Origin: Trueperaceae bacterium
Lineage (GTDB): Bacteria > Deinococcota > Deinococci > Deinococcales > Trueperaceae
Reading direction: 5' to 3'
Assembly: GCA_965213925.1 (NCBI GenBank)
Contig: OZ243927.1
Location: forward strand, 3,040,001-3,104,000
DNA length: 64,000 bases
Part shown: in pieces, positions 48,960 through 58,642 of the stretch
Numbering within the stretch: the first letter of the stretch is position 1
How the letters are laid out: each line of letters starts with the position of its first letter
Notes under the pieces: model-generated
The model's input: the letters and a program-made list of their open reading frames with translations, nothing else
Told to the model about the DNA's origin: nothing
Databases searched by the model: none
Translations under genes and position numbers: made by a program

Positions 48960-49442
48960 TTAGGCTGGTTTGGCGGCTGGGGTTGTGGGTGTTGGGGTGT
49001 GCTGATAGTCTTGAGCCTGCTTGCTGACGCTTTCAAAGAATTGCCCGGCGAGTTTCTTGGCGACGCCGCCGACCAAGCGTGCGCCGACTGAAGCTAAGCG
49101 CCCGGAAATCTGCGGCTCGCCCTCGTAGTGGACGATGGTGCCGCTCTGAGCTTCCTCGAGCCGCAAAGTCCCCACCGCCTTCACCCCGCCAGGACCGCCG
49201 GAGCCGTCCACGGAGAGGACGAGCGAGTCAGGAAGCTGCTTTTCCATCACCTCAACGTGACCTGAGAACTCCCCCTTGACCGGACCGATGCCAAGCTCCA
49301 AGACGGCGCGGTAATAATCTTCGCGCTCCATCTCCATCTGCTTGACGCCGGGCGTCGCTTTAGAGAGCACCTCCGGGTCTTGGAGCATGTACCAGACCTG
49401 CTCCCTCGGTGCGGCGATGGTATGTGAACCCGCTACTTTCAT
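48960..49442 (-). CDS. coxG: CoxG/SRPBCC family protein
   Basis: APREQVW...DPEVL...PG, GPVKGEF, GRLASVGARLV...FFE. ATG at 49442 follows an RBS. Confidence 0.85.
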   Translation of the reverse strand: MKVAGSHTIAAPREQVWYMLQDPEVLSKATPGVKQMEMEREDYYRAVLELGIGPVKGEFSGHVEVMEKQLPDSLVLSVDGSGGPGGVKAVGTLRLEEAQSGTIVHYEGEPQISGRLASVGARLVGGVAKKLAGQFFESVSKQAQDYQHTPTPTTPAAKPA

Positions 49443-49645
49443 CCTTTCCTCCAATGGTGCGCGTGCTATGAAGAGGTCGGCTCCGGAGGGAGCGCAGGGG
49501 TAAGCGAAAGGCTTTGAACAGCTTGATTAAGGTTAAGCCTAGCGCATAAAGAGGTTCACGTCAATGTTGTGCGGAGGCTGTCCTGGTGTACTTTCACGCT
49601 TTTGTAACTTTTGTCACAAGTTTGAGGCGGTGAGAGGCTCGAGCC

Positions 49646-50491
49646 CTACAACCCCTCCCGAATCTTCCGCGAAAAGTCCGGGTCAGTTACAAACTTCGTC
49701 GCTTTCTCCTTGACGTTGAAGTGGCTGCGCAGTCTCTCAAAAGGCAACTCCGTCTCGATGAGGTCGCGGCTGTAAAGAATCCGGTCCGACCAACCCGGCG
49801 CGACTTGCGCCACCGTGTAGCGCGAGAGCGCCGAGGGGTCTACCTCGGTGACATGTTTGACGATGCCGCTCGTGCAGTTGTCGAACAGACTGTTGTAAAA
49901 GCGCGGCTCCTCTACGAGTTTATCGGCGGCGCGAAGGTAGCTCAGCAGAAGCTCCCGAATAACCTCGGGCGTGGCGCGAATCGGGTAGAGGTACACGTCG
50001 TGGTCTAACACGAAAGCGCGGCGGGCGATGAGGTCGCGCTCGTCGCCGAAGAGGTACACGAGTTCGAAGCTTTTGAACAGCCCGCGCAAGAGGTCGTAAT
50101 GTTCGCCTTCGGGGATACGCGCTTCGATGGAGATAGCCAAGTAGCGTCCGTCCGAAAAACCGAAACTCAGGAGCGTGTGGGCAACCGCGTCGAAACGGCT
50201 AAAGGACTCTAGGACGAGCCATAAGGACTCGAGTTTGTCCAAATCAAAGGTGCGTGTGTCATACGCAATCTTGACGTCTTGCGGGTCGCCAGCGCCGTCC
50301 ACCTGACCGTAGCGAAAGTCGCGTAAATCGCGAATCGTGACCTCTTGTCCTTCGATGTCAACACGGGGCATGACCGCATAATCTACCTTCCAGTCGCGGT
50401 CATGGCGCGGCTTTTTCGGACTCAGTGAGAGAATGAGGTAGAGAAGACCACCAAGGACCGCTAAAGAAGCGAAGTAGAGAGGGGGGGTCAT
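49646..50491 (-). CDS. DUF4105 (Lnb-like papain fold) domain protein
   Basis: AHTLLSFGF, ISIEAR, FYNSLFDNCTS. N-terminal membrane anchor. Confidence 0.85.
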   Translation of the reverse strand: MTPPLYFASLAVLGGLLYLILSLSPKKPRHDRDWKVDYAVMPRVDIEGQEVTIRDLRDFRYGQVDGAGDPQDVKIAYDTRTFDLDKLESLWLVLESFSRFDAVAHTLLSFGFSDGRYLAISIEARIPEGEHYDLLRGLFKSFELVYLFGDERDLIARRAFVLDHDVYLYPIRATPEVIRELLLSYLRAADKLVEEPRFYNSLFDNCTSGIVKHVTEVDPSALSRYTVAQVAPGWSDRILYSRDLIETELPFERLRSHFNVKEKATKFVTDPDFSRKIREGL

Positions 50492-50531
50492 GGGCTCAAG
50501 ACTCGAGCGAGGCGTCTAAAAACCATAGACC

Positions 50532-53500
50532 CTAATTGCCCCCCGTCTCGACAAACACAGCCGTCGTGCGAGCGGGTACTTGAAGTGTGCCGCCGCTCAG
50601 CTGCGCCTCTTTCACTCTGTCATCGCCGCTCCCCTGCTGCACCGGGTGAAGTTGAAACGTCGTTTCGGCGAGAGGTAGGTCTAAAGTCTGCGCTTCATCC
50701 GTAGCGTTAAAGGCGACGACGATATTCCCGTATCTACTCTGCGCCTCAGAACCATCCGCGCTCAAACTCATCACAATCACGCCAGGGACTTGCTCGGGAC
50801 CCGTGTTATGAAAGGTCAACTGGCTCTGCACCGCTTCGGCACTCTCCAAGCGGAAGAGGGGCGAGCTTTGGCGGACCGCGAGCATCTCGCGCAGGTGCTC
50901 CGCTGACCTCTCGATATGCGCCGCTTCTGGCACCTCGCGCCCCTGCAGTATCGGCGTCATGATAGCCCAATTGTCCTCGTTCGACCACGCGGGCGGCAAG
51001 CCGACGCCCCAGTTGTTGTTCTCATAGCTGTAGTCAAGTTTGTTAAACCAGTCGCCCGAGTCGTACGAGTCGCGGTCCAGTGATTTTGAGCGCAGCAGTT
51101 CGCTGCCCGCGTGGAAGAAGGGCGTGCCTTGCGAGAGCGCGACGATGCTGAGACCTAGGTTCTGTGCGCGCACGCGCTCGTCCATAGAGAGGTCGGCAGG
51201 GTGCTTGTACTCGTTATTGTCCCACAAGGTTTGATTATCGTGCGCTGAGACGTAGGTCACGACCTCTTGCGGGGCTTCCGCGTACCCTACAGGTGAGCCA
51301 TTATAGTCCACCGCCGCGCCGCTGACCTCTTCGCCTCGGGCGTTTTGGAAGGTGTAGCTGGATAAGTTCCCTGTGAGCCCCACGCGAATCTGATCGGCGG
51401 CGAGTAGGAGTACGTCTCGCTGTTCCTCTTCGGACGCCGCGACCTCACTGTTCGGGTTGTAGAAAAGCCCATTGATAAAGCCTTGATTCGTCACCAAATC
51501 CGTTCCGCTGTCAAAAGGTCCGCCGCCGCGCACCGCGTCGCGCAACCTGTCGTTAAAGGTAGCGATCCCCAGACCGCCCGTGTTGAGCTGCGTCGCGTTG
51601 AGCCCCCTCGCCCCGTCCGCGACCTCGCCGAAGTTCCAGCCCTCGCCGTAGAGGAGAATGGTCGCGCCATCCACGCCGTCTTCTTCCATCGTCAAAGCGT
51701 TCAGCGCCTCTTTGACGACGACCATGTTGTCCACCATGTGGTGCCCCATCAAGTCGAAGCGGAAGCCGTCCACCTTGTAGTCACGCGCCCACGTCACAAG
51801 CGAGTCCACCATCAGCTTCTCCATCATCGCGTGTTCAGTGGCGGTGTTCTGGCAACACGTCGAGGTCTCGACCTCACCTTCTAAGTTGAGGCGGTGGTAG
51901 TAGCCGGGCACGACCTTATCCAGCACGGAGCGCTCGTTTTGCCCGCTCGCGTGGGTGTGGTTGTAGACCACGTCCATTACGACACGCAGCCCCGCCTCAT
52001 TCAAGGCTTTGACCATCTCGCGGTACTGCAGCGTGCGCGGCGTGCCCATCGGCTCCGTGCTGTAGCTCCCTTCGGGAACGGTGTAGTGATACGGGTCGTA
52101 ACCCCAGTTGAAGGGGTCTTGCTCCCGAATCTCGCCGATGGCAGCTTGTTGCTCCTCGGAGGCGGGACCATACGAGGCGAGGTCGCCCGCCGGTTCTCTC
52201 CACTCGGACTTGTCCTCGTTGATAGTCGCGATATCGAACGTCGGCAAGAGGTGGAGGTGAGTGAGCCCTGCGTCGGCTAAAGATTTGAGGTGCGTCATGC
52301 CGTTCGAGTCGGGATGGGTGAAGGCTAAGTACGTGCCCCGCTCCTCTTCGGGTACGGTCTCATCGCCTACGCTGAAGTCGCGCATGTGGAGTTCGTAGAC
52401 GCTGCTGTCTCTGGTCGAGGCTAAAGGGGGTTTTTCCAAGCTCGTCCATCCCTCCGGCTGAAGCTCTGCGCTCTGCAAATCTACGATCTGTGAATGTGTG
52501 CTGTTCTGCGCCAAGGCGTGCGAATACGGGTCGGTGACGAGGTTGGTTTCAATCTGCTGGGTGGTAGGCGCGTAAACCGTTGTCTCGAGGAGGTAATACT
52601 GCTCGTTCCAGTCAGAGTTTCCTGTGACGCTCCAGATACCCGTGGTGTCGTCAAAGGTCATCGCTTGCACCTCCGCCTCGCTGTCAAGGCTTTCAAAGAG
52701 GTGGAGCCTCACGTTCTGCGCCGTCGGAGCCCACACGCGCACAGTAGGGGCGTCACCGTCCCACACCACGCCAAGAGGTTCGTCGTAGGCAGCCTCCGCG
52801 TAGAGGTCGTCCAGGACGCCTGGAATCTGCACGCCCGTCGCCCTCAAGAGAGTACCTTCGCTGTCCCTCACGACCACGGCGAGTTGACCGCGCAAGAGGT
52901 CGGGGGCGTTGGGGGGGTCTGCTAGCTCGAGCCTCCCATACTCAGCGAGGTGTGGAAAGTCCGTCCTGACCTCTTCACTTAATCCATCTTCATCTAGCGT
53001 CAGCGGAAACTCGTCTCCTGCTAAGCTCTCCGCGCTCAAGCCCGCATCCGCTGCGTAAATGAGCGAGTATTGCGCGTCCTCTGGCAAACCGCTCGTGTCC
53101 AGCGCGAGCGTGTCCTCCCGGAGCCAGTGCGCTTCCGCTTGGCTGAGATTACCGACCGAAGCCGTGACCTCTTCGCCACTCGGCTGCTCCGTATAGAGCG
53201 TGCTGTCGCCCGACACGAGCCAGACCTCCTGACCCATCTCGCCGAGGTCCAAACTCATGTCAGGACCGGGGTCTTTCTCGTCGCCTTTATGGACGATGAA
53301 GTTAAGCGTCTCCGCGTTCTCCATCAGACCGACGTCCCAGTAGACGCCGTACTCGTCCTCACCGGAAATCTCCAAGCCGTTTTCCCACTCGGTGGGCTGG
53401 GTAGTGTCCTCCCACACGTGGAGCCGCCAACCTTCGTACACCCCATCTGGGCGGGTGTAGTGGATGCGGGCGGCGTTGTCGGTTTGCGCTGAGGTCACCG

Positions 53501-53558
53501 TAAGCGAACTTAGAACGGTAGATAGCGCGAGCAAAAGAACTAGCCAGAACGTTTTCAT
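50532..53558 (-). CDS. pulA: Secreted pullulanase-type alpha-1,6-glucosidase (CBM41 plus GH13)
   Basis: Signal peptide, IHYTRPDG..YEGW.LHVW, FNWGYDP, DVVYNH, DGFRFDLMGH, YGEGW, YVSAHDN. Confidence 0.95.
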   Translation of the reverse strand: MKTFWLVLLLALSTVLSSLTVTSAQTDNAARIHYTRPDGVYEGWRLHVWEDTTQPTEWENGLEISGEDEYGVYWDVGLMENAETLNFIVHKGDEKDPGPDMSLDLGEMGQEVWLVSGDSTLYTEQPSGEEVTASVGNLSQAEAHWLREDTLALDTSGLPEDAQYSLIYAADAGLSAESLAGDEFPLTLDEDGLSEEVRTDFPHLAEYGRLELADPPNAPDLLRGQLAVVVRDSEGTLLRATGVQIPGVLDDLYAEAAYDEPLGVVWDGDAPTVRVWAPTAQNVRLHLFESLDSEAEVQAMTFDDTTGIWSVTGNSDWNEQYYLLETTVYAPTTQQIETNLVTDPYSHALAQNSTHSQIVDLQSAELQPEGWTSLEKPPLASTRDSSVYELHMRDFSVGDETVPEEERGTYLAFTHPDSNGMTHLKSLADAGLTHLHLLPTFDIATINEDKSEWREPAGDLASYGPASEEQQAAIGEIREQDPFNWGYDPYHYTVPEGSYSTEPMGTPRTLQYREMVKALNEAGLRVVMDVVYNHTHASGQNERSVLDKVVPGYYHRLNLEGEVETSTCCQNTATEHAMMEKLMVDSLVTWARDYKVDGFRFDLMGHHMVDNMVVVKEALNALTMEEDGVDGATILLYGEGWNFGEVADGARGLNATQLNTGGLGIATFNDRLRDAVRGGGPFDSGTDLVTNQGFINGLFYNPNSEVAASEEEQRDVLLLAADQIRVGLTGNLSSYTFQNARGEEVSGAAVDYNGSPVGYAEAPQEVVTYVSAHDNQTLWDNNEYKHPADLSMDERVRAQNLGLSIVALSQGTPFFHAGSELLRSKSLDRDSYDSGDWFNKLDYSYENNNWGVGLPPAWSNEDNWAIMTPILQGREVPEAAHIERSAEHLREMLAVRQSSPLFRLESAEAVQSQLTFHNTGPEQVPGVIVMSLSADGSEAQSRYGNIVVAFNATDEAQTLDLPLAETTFQLHPVQQGSGDDRVKEAQLSGGTLQVPARTTAVFVETGGN

Positions 53559-53775
53559 TGGTCTCCCCTTGATCTTGTGAAGTAGGGTGAGTTTACCGCA
53601 GGTCCGCAGGAATGAAAGGGAGAAGAGGCGTTCTTAAAGACACATTCTTGAAGACGCATTCGCAGCCGTCAACCTGAGACGAGGATGTCTCGAGCGAGGA
53701 CATGGTTGACTCTCCTGCTCGACTCGCTTAGCGCTGCGCTAGAGACGTGTTAGGCTCACCTCATTTTAGGAGGTC

Positions 53776-55110
53776 ATGATGGAACGCCTGATCAGTCTTC
53801 TCGGCATGGTGGTACTACTTGGCATCGGCTTTTTACTCTCCAAACATAAACGCAGCATCAGCCCGCGTACGGTCTTAGGCGCGCTCGCCATTCAGGTCTT
53901 GTTCGGCTTCATCGTGCTGCGCTGGCCCCTGGGTCGGCAAGCCTTGCAAGGGGTCTCGTCGGGCGTGCAAAACGTCATCGGCTACGCGAACGAGGGCATC
54001 AACTTCCTCTTCGGCGGGCTCACCGCGCCGAACTCGGAGATCAGTCAGAATCTAGGGACGGTCTTCGCCTTTCAGGTTTTGCCCATCATCGTCTTTTTCT
54101 CGTCGCTGATTTCGGTGCTCTATTTCTTGGGCATCATGCAGTGGGTGGTGCGGCTTTTAGGCGGCGCACTCGCGAAGCTCTTGGGGACGAGCCGCCCCGA
54201 GTCTTTATCAGCGAGCGCGAACATCTTTGTGGGGCAGACCGAAGCGCCCTTAACCGTGCGCCCCTACATCGCCAAGATGAGCGAGTCCGAACTCTTCGCG
54301 GTGATGGTGGGTGGACTGGCGTCGGTGGCGGGCTCGGTCTTGGCGGGCTACGCGCAGTTGGGGATACGGCTCGAGTACCTCATCGCCGCGAGCTTCATGG
54401 CGGCACCTGCGGGCTTACTCTTCGCCAAGCTCATCATTCCCGAGGTCGAAGCGGAGTCGGACGATAAGGTGACGCTGGACGGGGCGGATGATGGGTCCGA
54501 CTCAACCGAAAATAAAGAGGTCGATGAAGAAACCGAAGCGAGAGAGGACGAGAGCGCAAATGAAAATGGGGGTGAGAGCGCCGCGGACGCCGCCAACGTC
54601 TTCGACGCGGCGGCGAGGGGGGCCTCGGACGGGCTGCAACTCGCCCTCAACGTCGGCGCGATGCTGCTCGCCTTCGTCGGGCTGATTGCACTTATCAATG
54701 GGCTTTTGGGCGGCGTCGGCGGACTGTTTGGCTACCCCGAACTCTCCTTCGAGCAGCTTCTGGGCTACCTCTTCGCGCCGCTCGCTTTTGTCATCGGCGT
54801 GCCCTGGGCGGACGCGCCTTTAGCGGGCAACTTCATCGGGCAAAAAATCGTCGTGAACGAATTCGTCGCCTTTATCGCCTTTCAGGATGTTTTAGGAGAT
54901 TTGAGCACGCGCACCGAAGCGATCATCACCTTTGCGCTGACGGGCTTCGCGAACTTCGCGTCCTTGGCGATTCTGTTAGGCGGGCTCGGCGGGATCGCGC
55001 CCACAAGACGCGCCGACATCGCTCGCTTAGGGCTTTACGCGGTGGCAGGCGCGACGCTGGCGAATTTGATGAGCGCGGCGATTGCGGGGTTATTTGTAGT
55101 GGGAGGATAG
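53776..55110 (+). CDS. nupC: Concentrative nucleoside transporter (NupC/CNT family)
   Basis: [34 protein letters not shown]. Confidence 0.93.
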   Translation: MMERLISLLGMVVLLGIGFLLSKHKRSISPRTVLGALAIQVLFGFIVLRWPLGRQALQGVSSGVQNVIGYANEGINFLFGGLTAPNSEISQNLGTVFAFQVLPIIVFFSSLISVLYFLGIMQWVVRLLGGALAKLLGTSRPESLSASANIFVGQTEAPLTVRPYIAKMSESELFAVMVGGLASVAGSVLAGYAQLGIRLEYLIAASFMAAPAGLLFAKLIIPEVEAESDDKVTLDGADDGSDSTENKEVDEETEAREDESANENGGESAADAANVFDAAARGASDGLQLALNVGAMLLAFVGLIALINGLLGGVGGLFGYPELSFEQLLGYLFAPLAFVIGVPWADAPLAGNFIGQKIVVNEFVAFIAFQDVLGDLSTRTEAIITFALTGFANFASLAILLGGLGGIAPTRRADIARLGLYAVAGATLANLMSAAIAGLFVVGG

Positions 55111-55350
55111 AGCGTTGTAGCTAGTCAAAAGGGTCTGACCCTCTGCCGCTTGCGACGTAAGGAGCTTCATCAATATGACAAAGATGTACGACGACTCCTT
55201 CGAATACTCTATCCGCTTGCGGCGAAGTTTGCTATTCGAAACGCAAACTGCGTTATGTTTCTTAGACTGTGTCACGCAAAGGCTTAAGCGACTACTTGAG
55301 TAAGAAAGCTGTAAAACTAGATTGCTTATAGTCTTAGGTCGGGAGGCTAT

Positions 55351-56751
55351 ATGAGATCACAGCTTTTTTTATCCGTTCTTCTAACTTTAGTAACCCTTTC
55401 TACGTGTGCTTTTGCGCAACCAGACTTTTCTGTGCAGGCTCGAGAGCTTGATAAGGTTGCGGTCAAGCAAGCCGTCAGTATGGCGCGTTCGCTGCCTTCA
55501 GCCCAGCTAGCCGTCAACGTTCTTGAAAAAGAACAAATTCTACCCTTATGGAATAACGCTAAGGGGGCAGGAAATAAAGAGCAAATAGCGCTAGTTGTTC
55601 CAACGAATGTTGACACAGTAACTCTTCAATTCTATCTAAACCAGAACGAGCTAACGTCAACGGTTATTCATACTATATCAACAGACGGCTATCCGATCTG
55701 TCACTACCCGAAAGGGAATGTAGAAAACGCTCATACGCTTTTTGTTGGACGCGCGGCTATCAAGGCTCACCTTAGTCAACACGGCGATACCTTAGGTCCA
55801 TGTGAGGGGGGAGAACACGCTAAGGGAGTAGAGGCAACATACATTGATGTGAGCGCCGGATTTGTACTTCGCTATCTGCTTTTGCCTAATGCAAAGATCA
55901 AAGGACAAGAAGCGGCATTGTGGCAAGGAGCCGGCAGCTTGCAGGAGATGAGCACGCCTGTCCCTACCAATACGGATTCGCTCAAGAAGTTCTTAGAAGA
56001 TAATCCTGTACCAGACCTTCCTGAACCGTTGGAGCCAGAGCTAGGTTCTCAAGGGTGGCTTTCAACACTTGGACCAAATGAGTGCGGTGCGCAAGGCGAA
56101 GAGTGTGCCATCAGTGACCCGACACCACCACCTGATCAAACTCCTCCAAACCCTTTCGAACCTATCCCTGGCGATGACAGTGGTGCTCCCGAAGAAGATA
56201 CTTGTGACGAAGAAAAACTAGGTGACTTGCGAGATGATAGAGATGATGCGCAAGGTGAGCTTATTGATGCTGATTTTGTGAAAGACACTGCGAGAGACGC
56301 GGCAGATAAAGTGTACAAAGAAGTTGTAGACCTTCGTTTCTTGCTAACAGATATCTACCAAGATTTGGATTCTGTCAATGAAGACATCGAAGATGCTCTA
56401 GATGACCTCAACGCTGTACTAAGCGACGGAAATACGAACGCCGGAGAAATAGGGTGGGATTGCATTGGAGGCTTAGATTTAATGGCTTGCTGGCGTGAAA
56501 ACTTTCAGAACAAAGGTCTAAATCAAGAGGCTAAAGAGATAAACCAAAAAATTGACGACTTACAGAAACGTGCGGATGAGTTGACGAAAGACTATACCCA
56601 AGTTGCAGGTGAGCTTGGAAGAAAAAATGCGGAATATGAAAACCTCAAAGCTGTATATGAAGAAGCCAAGCGCGTCTACAACGAAAAGCGCGAAGCCTAC
56701 AACACGGCAAACCAAAAGTATCAGAACTACAAAGATAAGAACTGCGACTAA
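55351..56751 (+). CDS. Secreted hypothetical protein with 8 mature Cys, Pro-rich linker and long coiled-coil C-terminus
   Basis: RBS GGAGG, signal peptide ending AFA-Q, long open frame in AT-rich DNA, heptad-like helices. No family recognised. Confidence 0.85.
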   Translation: MRSQLFLSVLLTLVTLSTCAFAQPDFSVQARELDKVAVKQAVSMARSLPSAQLAVNVLEKEQILPLWNNAKGAGNKEQIALVVPTNVDTVTLQFYLNQNELTSTVIHTISTDGYPICHYPKGNVENAHTLFVGRAAIKAHLSQHGDTLGPCEGGEHAKGVEATYIDVSAGFVLRYLLLPNAKIKGQEAALWQGAGSLQEMSTPVPTNTDSLKKFLEDNPVPDLPEPLEPELGSQGWLSTLGPNECGAQGEECAISDPTPPPDQTPPNPFEPIPGDDSGAPEEDTCDEEKLGDLRDDRDDAQGELIDADFVKDTARDAADKVYKEVVDLRFLLTDIYQDLDSVNEDIEDALDDLNAVLSDGNTNAGEIGWDCIGGLDLMACWRENFQNKGLNQEAKEINQKIDDLQKRADELTKDYTQVAGELGRKNAEYENLKAVYEEAKRVYNEKREAYNTANQKYQNYKDKNCD

Positions 56752-56772
56752 AACCACGAAAGGAGCAATAAG

Positions 56773-57492
56773 GTGAAAAATTATCTGATTTTTCTGCTGC
56801 TAATCAGCCTACTCGCTGCGTGCGGTGGTGTGAGTGCCCCTGACAGCGACACAACTTCGCAAGTAACTTTCGATGTACGAGGAGGTACGCTTAATTACTC
56901 AGCAGGGGTTGGAACGAGCTTTATCTTCGACTTCGGTCTAGCTGACAAAGCCACTAATGAGGTCGAGGTGAGCATTGTAGGACCGGAGGGATGGAATTAT
57001 AACAAACCTGTGCAAAAACGCTATAGCTACACTACTCCGGGGCATAAAATAACCTGGACACAGGTCTTCCAGGATGACGGTGGACGGCATCTCGAGGTAT
57101 TACCCGGTGCCTATGAAGTCACTGCGAAGATAAGTGGCATAGAGAAAAAGAAGGCACTGCGAATCGACTCCGAAGCCCTCAGTAAACCGCAAGGCCTAAA
57201 ATTGACTGAGCTAAGTGAAGGCGTTGTCGCGGCTGAGTGGTCAAGTGTTCCGGCAGCAGAATCTTATCTAATTGAGGTTTTTTCGCCGCAAAGCGGCCTA
57301 GAGCGTGGTATCATTTATACCTACTCAAAACTCAATACTGCTGTGTTCGAGGACTATATGCTTACGCCTGGTGCAACACACTACTTAGGGGTAACAGCTT
57401 TAACAGTTGATTATAGTTCCGTACCCTCTAGCTTAGCTTCCGTGCCAGCCTTCAACACCTCGTACGGTTATATCAAGTTCATCGCTCCCTAA
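56773..57492 (+). CDS. Hypothetical lipoprotein, beta-rich with an FN3-like C-terminal half
   Basis: RBS AGGAG, lipobox LLAAC, P.GL......AEWSSVPAAESYLIEV...LTPGATHYLGVTA FN3-like pattern. Confidence 0.82.
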   Translation: MKNYLIFLLLISLLAACGGVSAPDSDTTSQVTFDVRGGTLNYSAGVGTSFIFDFGLADKATNEVEVSIVGPEGWNYNKPVQKRYSYTTPGHKITWTQVFQDDGGRHLEVLPGAYEVTAKISGIEKKKALRIDSEALSKPQGLKLTELSEGVVAAEWSSVPAAESYLIEVFSPQSGLERGIIYTYSKLNTAVFEDYMLTPGATHYLGVTALTVDYSSVPSSLASVPAFNTSYGYIKFIAP

Positions 57493-57534
57493 TTCAAGAT
57501 TTGGACAAAACATCGGTTGTTCTAGCTGACAGTC

Positions 57535-57562
57535 AAGAGAGCGCAAGTTTGTGCTCTCTTTT
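57535..57562 (+). terminator. Terminator hairpin between convergent genes
   Basis: AAGAGAGCGCA-AGTT-TGTGCTCTCTT-TT. Confidence 0.7.
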
Positions 57563-57600
57563 TAGCTTATTAGTGGATGAGCAAAGACGAGAAAGTGCTT

Positions 57601-58608
57601 TCAAACATTGGGCGTAATCAAAATCTTTCCCTCTGTCATACTCTGCTCGTAGTCGCGGATGCCGTCCACGGCGTTCTCGAGTGAATACCGTCCGCGAATA
57701 TCCGCGCGTAAGTCCGTGGCTAAGGCGCGTTGGACGCGCACGGTGCGTAAGAGGAAGTTGGGTAACGCCAAGTTCTCTAAGTAGTCCGAGAGCCAGAAGC
57801 CTTCGACCCGCTGGTCTTCGAAGATGAGACCTCTCGGGTCCATGCGCACAGGTTCTTCAGATAACGCGCCGTAAACCAAGACCTTACTGCTGCGCGGCAT
57901 GGCGTAGAGGAGTCTCTGCGGCATGTCGCCCGCCACCGCGTCAAAAGCGAAGGTCGCACCGAGTTTATGACACACCTCTTTAAGTTCACTGTCAAAGTCT
58001 GCGTCGCTGCTGTTTAAGACGTGCTCCGCGCCCAGACCTCTTAGCAACTCGACTTGCTCCTCACGCCGCACCACGTGAATCATCGGGAGCTTAAAGCGTT
58101 TGCCGAGTTGCAAGACCATCCGCCCCAACGCGCTCGCGGCGGCGCTCTGCACGACGGCGCGATGTTCGCCCTGCCGCGCCCTTTCGACCAGACCCCACGC
58201 GGTAAAAGGGTTGACTAAGAGCATCGCGCCTTGCTCCGTTGTGACCCGTTTCAAAAGAGGCAAACACATCATCGCATCCACCAAAACGTACTGCGCCCAA
58301 GTGCCGTCCCCTTTCTGCTGCACGCCGCACGCCACACGCTTGCCGACGAGCCATTTTGCGTACGCCCCTTCGCCCGCCACAACCACGCCGCTCGCCTCGA
58401 AGCCGGGCACCGTCGGCAAGGGCTTTTTGAAACCGTACAAGTTGCGCATGAACATGAGGTCGGAGGGGTTGACCGCCGCCGCTTCGACCCTGACGAGGAC
58501 TTGACCCTCTTGCGGCTCGGGGACCTCTTTTTGAGTAAGCTCGAGCGCGTCCAGACCCTCATAGGCGGAGAGTTGTAAAGCGTTCATAGTGCCGGGAATG
58601 TCTGACAT
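57601..58608 (-). CDS. MDR-family (zinc-independent, quinone/enoyl reductase-like) oxidoreductase
   Basis: AVNPSDL, VPGFEASG, VNPFTA, AAASALG, GKILI. The real start is MSDIPG at 58608 after RBS AAGGAG. Confidence 0.9.
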   Translation of the reverse strand: MSDIPGTMNALQLSAYEGLDALELTQKEVPEPQEGQVLVRVEAAAVNPSDLMFMRNLYGFKKPLPTVPGFEASGVVVAGEGAYAKWLVGKRVACGVQQKGDGTWAQYVLVDAMMCLPLLKRVTTEQGAMLLVNPFTAWGLVERARQGEHRAVVQSAAASALGRMVLQLGKRFKLPMIHVVRREEQVELLRGLGAEHVLNSSDADFDSELKEVCHKLGATFAFDAVAGDMPQRLLYAMPRSSKVLVYGALSEEPVRMDPRGLIFEDQRVEGFWLSDYLENLALPNFLLRTVRVQRALATDLRADIRGRYSLENAVDGIRDYEQSMTEGKILITPNV

Positions 58609-58642
58609 AAAATCTCCTTTTGTAGAGGTTACGATACCCTTC

